Shown: positions 15,705 to 25,266, numbered from the stretch's first letter. The stretch: DNA of 32,000 nt from Mycolicibacterium smegmatis (GCF_001457595.1 NZ_LN831039.1:540001-572000), one strand, 5' to 3'. Notes: generated from the letters alone by a model not told the origin. Translations and numbers: made by a program.

Positions 15705-15746
15705 AAGGGCGCTGATACCGTCGGACCAGGCGGCGTCAGCGCCCTT
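15705..15746 (+). terminator. Hairpin after permease gene (11-bp stem AAGGGCGCTGA/TCAGCGCCCTT, 20-nt loop)
   Basis: Perfect 11-bp inverted repeat 30 nt after the stop. The large loop and lack of a U-tract lower confidence. Confidence 0.4.
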
Positions 15747-15808
15747 CGCGGCTCCTCCGGCAACTGGGTGGCGACGCACGCCGAACCGATCACGGAGTGA
15801 GGAATGAG

Positions 15809-16876
15809 ATGTCTCGGGATTTGCCGCTGACCGTGGCGGCGGCCTTGACTGTTCCGCCACTCGACCTGGGATCGGTGGTGGCCGGGCAGCGCGGGCTTAC
15901 CCGCGAGGTCCTGTGGGTGGACATCATGCACGCACCTGCGGAGTCCTTCGTCCGTCCCGGCGACCTGGTGCTCACCACCGGCGCCGATGTCCGCCAGCCC
16001 GGAGTGTTGGACTTCCTCACCTACGTCGTCACATCTGCAGCCGCCGGGGTGGTGATCAGCCCGCCACCCGAGGCCGCCGTCGACGAACTGCTCGTCACGC
16101 TGGTCCCGTACGCCGAGCAACACGAGTTCCCGGTGGTGGTGCTGCCGTGGGAGGTCGCGTTCTCCGCGGTCCAGCGAAGCCTGCTGCCGCTTCTGACGCC
16201 CCTGGCGCCCGACGAACTGGTCCAGATGGTCATCGGTCGTCGTGAACGCGACGACGCGGGGTGGAACGACTTTGCCGAGGTGTTCGCAAAGAATCTGCAG
16301 GAACTGGCGCTCGCGGCGGGGGTCACGGTGAGATCCTCGGTGACCGACGACCTCGTGATGAGTCACTTCTCGCCGGCCCCGTCGTCGTCGACGGTGTCCG
16401 CCCTTGTCGAAGCGGCCAAGCGGCTCAACGCAATTCAGCAGACCGCGGTCAGCTGGGTGCTGCTGCCTCCTCAGGAGGCGGTCAACGCGGCCGCCACCAC
16501 GGCACCGCGGACGCCCGCCCCCGAAGGCCCCGTCGGGCCAGTGCAATTCGCCGACGTGCTGCGCCAGCATCCGCAGTGCATGGCCATCGTGCTGCAGACG
16601 CTGCAACCGCTGATCGACTACGACCGCACGCGCCGCGGGCAACTCGTCCGCACATTGGAGGTCCTGCTCAACGAGGCCACCAACATCAGCGCGGCGGCCA
16701 GGACGTTGTACCTGAACCGGCATTCCCTGCTGTACCGGATCAAGCTCATCGAGGAACTCACGGGTCTGTCGCTCAAGAACCCCGCCGACCGGTTCCAGCT
16801 CGAGGTGAGTGTGCGCGTACACCAGATCAACGAGGCTCGCACCACGGCAGGCCGCGCTGCGCGGCTCACGACCTGA
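15809..16876 (+). CDS. PucR-family transcriptional regulator
   Basis: The C-terminal HTH LYLNRHSLLYRIKLIEELTGLSL is typical of the PucR C-terminal domain. The N-terminus resembles the purine-catabolism-regulator-like domain. Start is either ATG 15809 (GAGGAA 4 nt upstream) or GTG 15797. Confidence 0.8.
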   Translation: MSRDLPLTVAAALTVPPLDLGSVVAGQRGLTREVLWVDIMHAPAESFVRPGDLVLTTGADVRQPGVLDFLTYVVTSAAAGVVISPPPEAAVDELLVTLVPYAEQHEFPVVVLPWEVAFSAVQRSLLPLLTPLAPDELVQMVIGRRERDDAGWNDFAEVFAKNLQELALAAGVTVRSSVTDDLVMSHFSPAPSSSTVSALVEAAKRLNAIQQTAVSWVLLPPQEAVNAAATTAPRTPAPEGPVGPVQFADVLRQHPQCMAIVLQTLQPLIDYDRTRRGQLVRTLEVLLNEATNISAAARTLYLNRHSLLYRIKLIEELTGLSLKNPADRFQLEVSVRVHQINEARTTAGRAARLTT

Positions 16877-16885
16877 GGTACGCGC

Positions 16886-17632
16886 TCAGCGACGTGCGGA
16901 GTGCTCGACCAGGAGCGACGCGGCGCCGGCATCGAGGGTGACATGCACGTCTGGATGACGCTGCAGGATGCTGGCCGGGCACTGTTCGGTGATCGGGCCG
17001 TGCAGTGCCCGTGCGACCGCGTCGGCTTTCTGCTCTCCGCCGGCGATGAGCTCGATGCGTCGCGCGCGCATGATCGTGGCGAGTCCCTGTGTCAGGCACT
17101 CGTGAGGCACCTCGTCGAGACCGGAGAAGAACCGCGCATTGGCTTTTCGCGTCGACTCGGTGAGTCGGGCCCGGTGGGTGCGGGAGGCGAACGACGTGCC
17201 CGGCTCGTTGAACCCGATGTGCCCGTTGCGCCCGATGCCCAGGATCTGCAGATCGACACCCCGCTCGGCCAGAAACGCTTCGTAGTCCGCGGCGTCCTTG
17301 TCCGGATCATCGGCAGTACTGTCGGGAACCCGCAACGACGCGGGATCGAGGTGCAGTGGCGCGACCAGAGCACGTTCCAACTCAACCCGATAGGACTGTG
17401 GATGATGTGTTGGCAGACCGAGATATTCGTCGAGCGCGCACCAGGTCACCCGCGTCACGTCCAGGCCCGCATCGACATATCTGGCCAGAGCGGTGTACAC
17501 CGGCAACGGTGACGACCCGGTCGCGACGCCGATCACCGCATCGGGTGTGGCGCGAATCAGCGCCGCGATGCGCGCGGCGACCGCCTCGCCCGCGGCCCTG
17601 GTATCGGCGGTGATGTCGACCGTCGGTGTCAT
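16886..17632 (-). CDS. nagB: Glucosamine-6-phosphate deaminase/isomerase, 248 aa
   Basis: LGIGRNGHIGFNEPG signature, VATGSSP, and CALDEY motifs. ATGA overlap with the upstream GH4 gene. Confidence 0.85.
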   Translation of the reverse strand: MTPTVDITADTRAAGEAVAARIAALIRATPDAVIGVATGSSPLPVYTALARYVDAGLDVTRVTWCALDEYLGLPTHHPQSYRVELERALVAPLHLDPASLRVPDSTADDPDKDAADYEAFLAERGVDLQILGIGRNGHIGFNEPGTSFASRTHRARLTESTRKANARFFSGLDEVPHECLTQGLATIMRARRIELIAGGEQKADAVARALHGPITEQCPASILQRHPDVHVTLDAGAASLLVEHSARR

Positions 17633-19005
17633 GCGGCCAGTGAGCTCTTCGCCAGCACCCGGGCCAGATCGGGATTGGCGGCGATGTAGCCCGCCAGCAA
17701 CTGGCGGGCCACGGTCACCGAATCCACCAGCGGGTGCAGTGCGAACGCTTTGAGCGCCTCATCGGTGGAGCCGTTGACGGCCGCCGAGATCGCGTGCCGC
17801 TCCACGGCTTTGACCTGCTGCATGAGACCGAGTTGGTGAAGATCCGGCTGGCTGTCGAGGGTCAGCGGGTGCACGCCGTTGGCGTCGACGGTGGTCGGCA
17901 CCTCGACGACCGCGTCGGTGGGCAGGCCGGCGATGGTGCCCCGGTTGCGGACGTTGAGGATCATGGTGCGCCGCTCGTCGCGGCTGATCGCCGCCATCAC
18001 ACCGAGAGCCACACCCGCATAGCCCAGATGCGCCGGATCGGTCTCGCGCTCACGCTCGACGGTCGGGTTGCCCTGCACGCCGCCCTTGGCCTCGGCCATG
18101 TAACTTGCACCGCGCTCATCGACCGCCTCGCCCCACAGCTTGGCAGCGGTGTCGGGATTCTCCGCGGCCTCGGTGAAGAACTTGCCCTGGGTCTCGAGCA
18201 GGAAGTCACCACGGGTCTGGGGGGATTCGAGTATGCGGCGCACCGCATCACGGTTGAAGTAGTAGTAGTACAGATATTCGTTCGGGATCACGCCGAGGGA
18301 GTGGATCCATTCGGCACCGAAGATCTGGGTTTCCTCCATGCGGCTCAACCGGTGCTCGTCGGCGAGCAGGTTGGGCAGCACGTCCACGCCGTCCACCAGC
18401 ACGCGCCGCATCCAGCCGAGGTGGTTGAGGCCCACGTAGTCCATCTGGATGCGGGTGTGATCGTAGCCGAGCACGCCCGCCACCCGGCGTCCCAAACCCG
18501 AAGGCGTGTCACAGATCCCGAGTGCACGGTCACCCAGAACGGTCTGCAGCGCTTCGGTGATGATGCCGGCCGGGTTGGTGAAGTTCAGGAAATATGCCTG
18601 CGGTGCGACCCGTTTGACCGTCTCGGCGATGTCGAGCATCACCGGAACGGTGCGCAGCGCGTAGGCGATCCCGCCCGGGCCCGTGGTCTCCTGCCCCAGC
18701 ACGTTGAGGTCGAGTGCGACATGTTCATCGCAGCACCGCTGTTCGACGCCGCCGACGCGGATCGCCGCAAACACGAAATCGGCGCCCTCCAAAGCGGGTT
18801 CGAGCTCGGTGTAGGTGCGCAGTGCGGGGGTGTCGTCGAACCCGAGGGCCAACTGCTCGCAGATGGTGGTGACGGTGGCCAACCGGGTCTCGTCGACGTC
18901 GTACAGGGCCACCTCGGTCACGCGGGGTGTGCCCTGATCGCGGATCAGCGCCTGCCAGACGTAGGGGGTGCGGAATCCACCACCACCGAGAATGGCGAGT
19001 TTCAT
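17629..19005 (-). CDS. Glycoside hydrolase family 4, 6-phospho-beta-glucosidase-like (CelF/ChbF type), 458 aa
   Basis: N-terminal NAD fold MKLAILGGGGFRTP, GQETTGPGGIAYALRTVPV, FLNFTNPAGIITEA, GICDTP. These parallel E. coli ChbF/CelF as I recall it. Confidence 0.85.
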   Translation of the reverse strand: MKLAILGGGGFRTPYVWQALIRDQGTPRVTEVALYDVDETRLATVTTICEQLALGFDDTPALRTYTELEPALEGADFVFAAIRVGGVEQRCCDEHVALDLNVLGQETTGPGGIAYALRTVPVMLDIAETVKRVAPQAYFLNFTNPAGIITEALQTVLGDRALGICDTPSGLGRRVAGVLGYDHTRIQMDYVGLNHLGWMRRVLVDGVDVLPNLLADEHRLSRMEETQIFGAEWIHSLGVIPNEYLYYYYFNRDAVRRILESPQTRGDFLLETQGKFFTEAAENPDTAAKLWGEAVDERGASYMAEAKGGVQGNPTVERERETDPAHLGYAGVALGVMAAISRDERRTMILNVRNRGTIAGLPTDAVVEVPTTVDANGVHPLTLDSQPDLHQLGLMQQVKAVERHAISAAVNGSTDEALKAFALHPLVDSVTVARQLLAGYIAANPDLARVLAKSSLAA

Positions 19006-19778
19006 GCGACTATGACCTTCCTGCCGGCCTCACGGCGCTTGGCGATTTCGTCCTCCGGGGTGCCGGAGGTGGTGATGAGCACGTCGACCTCGTCGAGCGT
19101 GCACAGGCGCAGTGCGCCGGTCCCGGGGAACTTGACCTCGCTGGCCAGCAACGCAATTCGCTGTGACGCGGCGATCAGCGCCTGCTTGATGGGGGCCTCG
19201 ACGGCCATGTTGTCCACCACACGGCCACCGCGAACTCCCGTGCAGCTCAGGAACATCAGATCGGCGCTGAGCTGTCCGATGAGCTGCTCGGTGAGCGGGC
19301 CCACCAGCGACTGCTGATTGCGCCGCAGCACGCCGCCCAGGAGCACCACCTCGACCGTGTCGTCGTCGCGGATCTCGTCGAGCACCGCGAGGTTCGAAGT
19401 GATGACCGTGACGGGCCTGCCGCGCAGTTCGCGGGCCACGAGCGGGGTGGTCGACCCGATGTCCAGGACGATGACGTCACCGTCGGAGACCAGCCGTGCC
19501 GCCTCCGCGGCGACCCGCTTGCGCAGCGCGAAGTCGGGACGGCTCTCGAAGGTGTACGGCTCTTCGACCGCGCCGGAGTCGGTGATGTTGGCGCGGCTGC
19601 CCGAGGTGAGCATCGCCCCGCCGTAGAGCCGCTTCAACCGGCCGGATTTGGCGAGGATGTCGAGGTCGCGACGGATGGTCGACTCGCTGACGCCGAGCGC
19701 CTCGGCGAGCTGAACCACCGACTGTCCGCCGTCGGCCAGCTCGGCGAGTATCCGTTCGTGACGCTCGGCGAGGAACAT
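19002..19778 (-). CDS. DeoR-family transcriptional regulator, 258 aa
   Basis: HTH SVVQLAEALGVSESTIRRDLDILAKSGRLKRLYGGA plus a DeoR C-terminal sensor domain. ATG at 19778 (MFLAERHERIL) is chosen over the track start at 19895. Confidence 0.85.
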   Translation of the reverse strand: MFLAERHERILAELADGGQSVVQLAEALGVSESTIRRDLDILAKSGRLKRLYGGAMLTSGSRANITDSGAVEEPYTFESRPDFALRKRVAAEAARLVSDGDVIVLDIGSTTPLVARELRGRPVTVITSNLAVLDEIRDDDTVEVVLLGGVLRRNQQSLVGPLTEQLIGQLSADLMFLSCTGVRGGRVVDNMAVEAPIKQALIAASQRIALLASEVKFPGTGALRLCTLDEVDVLITTSGTPEDEIAKRREAGRKVIVA

Positions 19779-19801
19779 GGGAAGAATCTTACGCAGAATT
19801 T

Positions 19802-19824
19802 GACAGAGTTTGCGCGACTCTGAC
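19802..19824. promoter_or_regulatory. Inverted repeat GACAGAGT-N7-ACTCTGAC in the DeoR/kinase divergent region
   Basis: 7 of 8 complementary arms. GAAAT-N5-GAAAT direct repeats lie nearby (19836-19850) and AATAAC...GTTATT follows. The region is locally AT-richer. Confidence 0.3.
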
Positions 19825-19951
19825 TGGTTCTGGCGGAAATTTCTCGAAATAACTCCCTGGAGACGGCTTTGAAACGTTATTGTCATCCGGTACATGCACG
19901 CTGACCGCGCAAGTACGTCAAACTACGTCACCAATGGGGAGGGAACCGCGC

Positions 19952-20938
19952 GTGACCGAGCGCGAAATCGACGTCCTGGTCGCAGGCCGGGTCTACAGCG
20001 ACCTGGTGTTCACGGGTGTGAACGCCCCGGCCCCCGGCGAGGAGGTCTACGCCGACGGGTTCGCGATCTCGCCGGGAGGCGCCGCGAACCGGGCCGTCGC
20101 GGCCGCGCGACTCGGCGCACACACCGCGCTGGTCACCGAACTCGGTGACGACCCCATAGGCTGCATCGTCGCGCGCAGCCTGCAGAAAGAACCGAACCTC
20201 GACCTGCGCTACGCCGTCCAGCACCCCGGATATCAGATCCCCATCTCGGTGGCCATCACCGACGGCCACGACCGGTCGTTCGTCACCTACGAACACTCCG
20301 GGCATCTGCCGTCCTGGCCCGAAGACATCCCGGTACGGGTGGCACACGTGGGGCTCGGTCGCGGTCCGGTCCCGGCCGAAGCAGCGCATCTTCGCGCGCA
20401 AGGCACCCTGCTCGTCGGTGGCGTGGGCTGGGACCCGTCGGGTGAGTGGTCCGAGGAACTGCTCGATCACCTCGCGGGCGTCGACGTGCTCATCGTCAAC
20501 GAGATCGAAGCGCTCCTCTACACCCGGGCCGCCACCGTCGAAGAGGCCCTGGAGGTCCTGGCCGGCGCGGTCGAGACCGCCGTCATCACCCTCGGCCCCG
20601 ACGGCGCGATCGCGGCCCAGGGCGCGACACGCCTGCGGGTACCCGCCATCGCGGTGGAGGCCGTCGACCCCACCGGGGCCGGCGACGCGTTCACCGCGGC
20701 ATTCATGGTCGCCACGGCGTGGGAGTGGGAACTGGCCGACCGGCTGAGGCTCGCCAGCGCCTGCGCGACGTGCTCCGTGCGGGGCGCCGGGGGAGCGCGC
20801 AGCGCGCCGCACCCGGCCGACATCGCCGACCTGCTCGCCGACTGCTGTGCCGACCCGGACTGGACGCCGGTCCGGGAATGGGCCGGCCGACATCGCCAAT
20901 CCACTGTCCCCGCAACCCCAGGAGCCCTGACGTCATGA
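19952..20938 (+). CDS. PfkB-family carbohydrate/sugar-phosphate kinase
   Basis: GGAANRAV and DPTGAGDAFTAAF PfkB signatures. GTG at 19952 is preceded by GGGGAGGGAA. The alternative start is ATG 19934. Confidence 0.8.
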   Translation: MTEREIDVLVAGRVYSDLVFTGVNAPAPGEEVYADGFAISPGGAANRAVAAARLGAHTALVTELGDDPIGCIVARSLQKEPNLDLRYAVQHPGYQIPISVAITDGHDRSFVTYEHSGHLPSWPEDIPVRVAHVGLGRGPVPAEAAHLRAQGTLLVGGVGWDPSGEWSEELLDHLAGVDVLIVNEIEALLYTRAATVEEALEVLAGAVETAVITLGPDGAIAAQGATRLRVPAIAVEAVDPTGAGDAFTAAFMVATAWEWELADRLRLASACATCSVRGAGGARSAPHPADIADLLADCCADPDWTPVREWAGRHRQSTVPATPGALTS

Positions 20939-22305
20939 CCAGAACGCGCCTCTTCCGATTCGGTTCCGCCGTCGCATCCACCCTCACCGTCGCGGCGCTG
21001 GCGTTGTCCGCCTGTGCGCCCGGCCCATCCGGTGACTCCGGTTCTTCACCCGCCCCCACAGGCGAGGTGTCCAAGGACATCGCCTCGGCGGGCCCGGTGA
21101 CGCTGACCGTCTGGGACCAGAACACCGACGGTGGTATCCGAGAGGCGCAAGAGAAGCTCAACGCCCAGTTCCAGGAGATGTACCCCAACGTCACCATCAA
21201 ACGCACCGTCGAGTCGTTCAGCGACCTGAAGACCACACTGCGCCTTGCCTTGTCGAGTAACACCCCACCCGACGTGGTGCAGGCCAACCAGGGCTACCCC
21301 GACATGGGCGCGTTCGTGGCGGCGGGCATGCTGCGCCCGATGAGCGACTACGCCGAACTCTACGGGTGGAACACCTATTACCCGGAGGCGCTGCTCAAGC
21401 AGAACAGCTTCAGCAGCGACGGCAAAACCTGGCAGGGTGACACGCTCTACGGGGTGTCGCAGACCGGCGAGGTTGTCGGGATCTTCTACAACCGCGAGTT
21501 GCTCTCCTCACTGGGCCTCGAAGTCCCGAAGACGTTGGACGACTTGAACGCCGCGATGGAGGCCGCGAAGGCCAAGAACATCCTGCCGATGGCGTTCGGC
21601 AACCTCGACAAGAGCCCCGGCATCCATCTCTACGGCGTGGTGCAGGCCGCGCTGGCCGGTGCGCCCGCGGTCAACGACCTGGTGAGTGGCAAGGGCGGAG
21701 CCTGGACCGACGAACCGTCGCTCAAAGCCGCACAGCGGATCGCCGACTGGTCGACGAAGGGCTATCTGACACCCGGCGCCAACGGCGTCTCGCGTGACGA
21801 CGCCATCGCCGAATTCGGCCGCGGCGGAGCCCTGTTCACCATCACCGGCACCTGGATGCAGCAGCCGCTGCAGGATGCTCTCGGCGACAAGGCAGGCTTC
21901 ACCACGCTCACCTCCGACCAGGGCGAGCCCGCCACCACCGGCGGTCAGGGCCTGGCGTGGGCGATCACATCGAAGTCGGCGCATCCCGACGTGGCGGCCG
22001 CGTACATCGACTTCATCACCAACGCCAAGGCCTCGCAGTTGCTGCTGGACACCGGCAACCTGCCGACGGTGCTGCCATCGGGGTACGAGCCCGAGGCAGG
22101 CACCGTCGCCGCCGACATCGCGACGCAGTACCGCGACGTGCAGGAGGCCAACGGTGAGGTGCCGTACCTGGATTACGCGACGCCCACGTTCTACGACACC
22201 ATCACCGCCGCGATGCAGGAACTGGTCGGCGGGCAGGCCACCCCTGAGCAATTCGTCGACACACTGCAGAAGGACTACGCCGACTTCCTGGCGAGCCAGA
22301 AGTGA
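20935..22305 (+). CDS. Sugar ABC transporter substrate-binding lipoprotein (family 1 SBP), 456 aa
   Basis: MTRTRLFRFGSAVASTLTVAALALSAC lipobox signal. ATGA overlap with the kinase stop. The track ORF from 20446 is an upstream extension. Confidence 0.9.
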   Translation: MTRTRLFRFGSAVASTLTVAALALSACAPGPSGDSGSSPAPTGEVSKDIASAGPVTLTVWDQNTDGGIREAQEKLNAQFQEMYPNVTIKRTVESFSDLKTTLRLALSSNTPPDVVQANQGYPDMGAFVAAGMLRPMSDYAELYGWNTYYPEALLKQNSFSSDGKTWQGDTLYGVSQTGEVVGIFYNRELLSSLGLEVPKTLDDLNAAMEAAKAKNILPMAFGNLDKSPGIHLYGVVQAALAGAPAVNDLVSGKGGAWTDEPSLKAAQRIADWSTKGYLTPGANGVSRDDAIAEFGRGGALFTITGTWMQQPLQDALGDKAGFTTLTSDQGEPATTGGQGLAWAITSKSAHPDVAAAYIDFITNAKASQLLLDTGNLPTVLPSGYEPEAGTVAADIATQYRDVQEANGEVPYLDYATPTFYDTITAAMQELVGGQATPEQFVDTLQKDYADFLASQK

Positions 22306-23264
22306 CCGTGGCGCTTCGTCAGCCGAACGAGCCCGCGTCCCCGCCCGGTGACACCACCGCGGCGGGGAGGCGGGTCGCACAGCCGAAGCGGCGGCGCTCG
22401 CGCCGGTCGGTGAAGCCCTATCTGTACGTCGCCCCGGCGTTCGTGGTGTTCGCGGTGTTCCTCGGAGCGCCGGTCCTGCAGACCGTGCAGTACTCGTTCT
22501 ACAACTGGGACGGCTTGGGCGTCGCAACCGTTGCGGGGCTGAAGAACTACGTCGCGGTGTTCGGCGACGAACGGTTACGGGATTCGTTCCTGCACGCCGG
22601 TGTGCTGATGCTGTTCTACGCCGCCGCACCGGTTTTCATCGGTCTGGTGCTCAGCGCGCTGATCTCGCGCGCACACGGCCTGCGCTCCATGTCGTTCTTC
22701 CGCACGGTGCTGTTCCTGCCGCAGGTGATCGCCACCGTCGTGATTGCCACCATCTGGATCTCCATCTACTCCCGCGACGGGCTGTTCAACCAGACCCTGC
22801 GTCTGGTCGGCCTCGACTCGATCACGCGGGTGTGGCTGGGGGACCACACCTTTGCGCTCATCGCGATCGGCCTGATCGGCACCTGGCTGAACATCGGCCT
22901 GTGCTTGGTGCTGTTCCTGTCGGGGATCGGCAACATCCCGCCCGAACTGTTCGAAGCCGCTCGCCTCGACGGGGCCGGGCGTGTGCGCGAATTCGTGGCG
23001 ATCACGCTGCCGTCGCTACGGGGGCAGATCGCCGTGGCACTGACCCTGACCGTGGTGTCCGCGCTGAAGACCTTCGACCTGGTGTTCATCACCACGCGCG
23101 GCGGCCCCGGCAACGCGACGTCGGTGCCCGCGTACGAGGCGTACAACCGGGCCTTCAACACCGGGCAGGTGGGGCTGGCCTCGGCCATCGCCGTGGTGCT
23201 GACGATCGTCATCGTGGTGCTGACGGTTCTGATCAGCCGTATCGCTCCCCGGGAGGCAGAGTGA
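22302..23264 (+). CDS. Sugar ABC transporter permease (MalF/UgpA-like)
   Basis: EAA loop FEAARLDGAGRVREFVAITLP and about 6 TM segments. GTGA overlap with the SBP stop. Confidence 0.9.
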   Translation: MTVALRQPNEPASPPGDTTAAGRRVAQPKRRRSRRSVKPYLYVAPAFVVFAVFLGAPVLQTVQYSFYNWDGLGVATVAGLKNYVAVFGDERLRDSFLHAGVLMLFYAAAPVFIGLVLSALISRAHGLRSMSFFRTVLFLPQVIATVVIATIWISIYSRDGLFNQTLRLVGLDSITRVWLGDHTFALIAIGLIGTWLNIGLCLVLFLSGIGNIPPELFEAARLDGAGRVREFVAITLPSLRGQIAVALTLTVVSALKTFDLVFITTRGGPGNATSVPAYEAYNRAFNTGQVGLASAIAVVLTIVIVVLTVLISRIAPREAE

Positions 23265-24085
23265 AGCTCACCCGCACCGAGCGGATCGTCAACCAGTTGA
23301 TCCTCGGGGTCTTCGCCCTGTTCGCGGTGATTCCCCTTGTGGGCGTGCTGTTCTCGTCGATCACACCGCCCAGTGAGAACCACGGCGGCTTCGCGGTGCC
23401 CCGCAGCGTCGACCTGGGCAACTACGGTGCGGCCTGGACGCGCGGGAACTTCAGCAGCTACCTGCTGTCCAGCGTGATCGTCACGGTCGCCGTGGTGATC
23501 CTCAGCGTCGTGCTGGCGACCTTCGCCGGATACGCGTTCGCACGCATGAAGTTCTTCGGATCTTCCGTGCTGTTCTATCTGCTGCTGCTCGGGCTGACGC
23601 TGCCGACCGAGGCGTTCATCATCCCGCTGTACTTCAACATGCGGACCGTGGGCCTCACCGACACCTATTGGGCGTTGATCCTGCCGCAGACCGCGCAATC
23701 GCTGGCGTTCGCGGTGTTCTGGATGCGCAACCAGTTCCGCGGATTCCCCGGTGAGATCATCGAAGCCGCGCGGCTCGACGGCGCGAGCGATCTGCGGGCG
23801 CTGTGGCGGATCGTCGTCCCCACCAGCCTGGCGCCCATGATGACGATGGCCGTGATCATCACGATGTGGACCTGGAACGAATTCCTGCTGCCGCTGGTCA
23901 TGGTGGTGTCCGACAACAGGCGCACCGCTCCGCTCGGCCTGGCGTTCTTCCAAGGTCAGCACCTCACCGACTATTCACTGCTGGCTGCCGCAGGCGTGAT
24001 GGTGGCACTGCCCATCGCTGTGTTGTTCTTCGCGCTGCAGAAGCGCTTCATCAACGGCATGGTCGGCGGCATCTCGGTGCGCTGA
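23261..24085 (+). CDS. Sugar ABC transporter permease (MalG/UgpE-like), 274 aa
   Basis: EAA loop IEAARLDGASDLRALWRIVVP. The GTG start overlaps the previous stop (GTGA). The track ORF from 22832 is an upstream extension. Confidence 0.9.
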   Translation: MKLTRTERIVNQLILGVFALFAVIPLVGVLFSSITPPSENHGGFAVPRSVDLGNYGAAWTRGNFSSYLLSSVIVTVAVVILSVVLATFAGYAFARMKFFGSSVLFYLLLLGLTLPTEAFIIPLYFNMRTVGLTDTYWALILPQTAQSLAFAVFWMRNQFRGFPGEIIEAARLDGASDLRALWRIVVPTSLAPMMTMAVIITMWTWNEFLLPLVMVVSDNRRTAPLGLAFFQGQHLTDYSLLAAAGVMVALPIAVLFFALQKRFINGMVGGISVR

Positions 24086-24111
24086 CCTCTTCACCAACAG
24101 GAGCACAACCC

Positions 24112-25182
24112 ATGGCTGCCATCCGATTCGAGAAGGCCCAGCTTCGGTACCCTCACGCCCCCACGCCGGCGGTGGCAGAGCTGGACCTGGACATCGCCGA
24201 CGGTGAATTCATGGTGCTGGTCGGCCCGTCCGGGTGCGGCAAGTCGACGACGCTGCGCATGCTGGCCGGCCTGGAGGACCTCACCAGCGGCTCGATCTAC
24301 CTGGACGACCGCGACATCACCACGACACCGCCGCAGGACCGCGACATCGCGATGGTGTTCCAGAACTACGCCCTGTACCCGCACATGACGGTGGCCGGCA
24401 ACATGGAGTTCTGCCTCAAGAACGCGGGCCTGTCGAAGGACGAACGCCGCCGCCGGGTGGCTGCTGCCGCCGAAACCCTCGGCCTCACCGAGTATCTCAA
24501 CCGCAAGCCCAAGGCGCTGTCGGGTGGACAGCGGCAACGTGTCGCGATGGGCCGCGCGATCGTGCGCAACCCGCAGGTGTTCTGCATGGACGAACCACTG
24601 TCCAACCTCGACGCCAAGATGCGTGTGCAGACCCGCACCGACATCGCCAAACTGCAACGCGAACTCGGCGTCACCACCATCTACGTCACGCATGACCAGA
24701 CCGAGGCCATGACGATGGGGGGTCGTGTCGGCGTCATGAAAGACGGTGTTCTGCAACAGGTCGGCGCACCCATGGACCTCTACGACCGGCCGGCCAACGC
24801 ATTCGTCGCGGGCTTCATCGGGTCGCCGGCCATGAAGTTCTTCGACGCCCAGCTCGGTGACCGCACGCTCGGCGTGGCCGGGCACGACATGGCCGTGCAG
24901 TGCGCTGCCGACTTGCGTGGCCCGGTGCTGATCGGCGTGCGTCCGGAAGGATGGCGGCTCACCGCACCCGATGCCGGCATCGCCGTGAAGGTCGGTGTGG
25001 TCGAGGTACTCGGCGCCGATTCGTATCTGTACGGCACCGCGATCCATGCCGGGGCCGACGTCGACGTCGTCGTGCGCGTCAGCACGCGCGACGGTATCCG
25101 CGCCGACGACACCGTGCACGTCACCGCCGACCCGGACGCGATCCACCTGTTCGACAACGAAACGGGCGTGCGGCTCAATTAG
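24112..25182 (+). CDS. Sugar ABC transporter ATP-binding protein (MalK/UgpC/MsiK-like), 356 aa
   Basis: Walker A GPSGCGKST, LSGGQRQRVAMGRA, Walker B FCMDEPLSNLD, and a C-terminal MalK-type regulatory domain. CAGGAG lies upstream of the ATG. Confidence 0.9.
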   Translation: MAAIRFEKAQLRYPHAPTPAVAELDLDIADGEFMVLVGPSGCGKSTTLRMLAGLEDLTSGSIYLDDRDITTTPPQDRDIAMVFQNYALYPHMTVAGNMEFCLKNAGLSKDERRRRVAAAAETLGLTEYLNRKPKALSGGQRQRVAMGRAIVRNPQVFCMDEPLSNLDAKMRVQTRTDIAKLQRELGVTTIYVTHDQTEAMTMGGRVGVMKDGVLQQVGAPMDLYDRPANAFVAGFIGSPAMKFFDAQLGDRTLGVAGHDMAVQCAADLRGPVLIGVRPEGWRLTAPDAGIAVKVGVVEVLGADSYLYGTAIHAGADVDVVVRVSTRDGIRADDTVHVTADPDAIHLFDNETGVRLN

Positions 25183-25266
25183 GCTGCAGCAGTGCGCCGC
25201 TCGTAACACCACGGCGGAAAAACGCGCTCAGGACCGCCACTGCGTTACGCACGGCGGGATCCGAAC

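Noticed and set aside
9800-16876. Bacterial microcompartment (Pdu/Grp-type) locus.
   Set aside because: No BMC-H/BMC-T/BMC-P shell proteins, PduP/PduL/PduQ-type enzymes or encapsulation-peptide extensions are present in the window.
25183-25266. Possible bidirectional terminator between the convergent ABC ATPase and DeoR genes. The 7341-7370 and 16877-16885 gaps were considered as well.
   Set aside because: Only weak 5-bp stems with large loops are visible, and the other gaps are too short. This is not enough to call a terminator.
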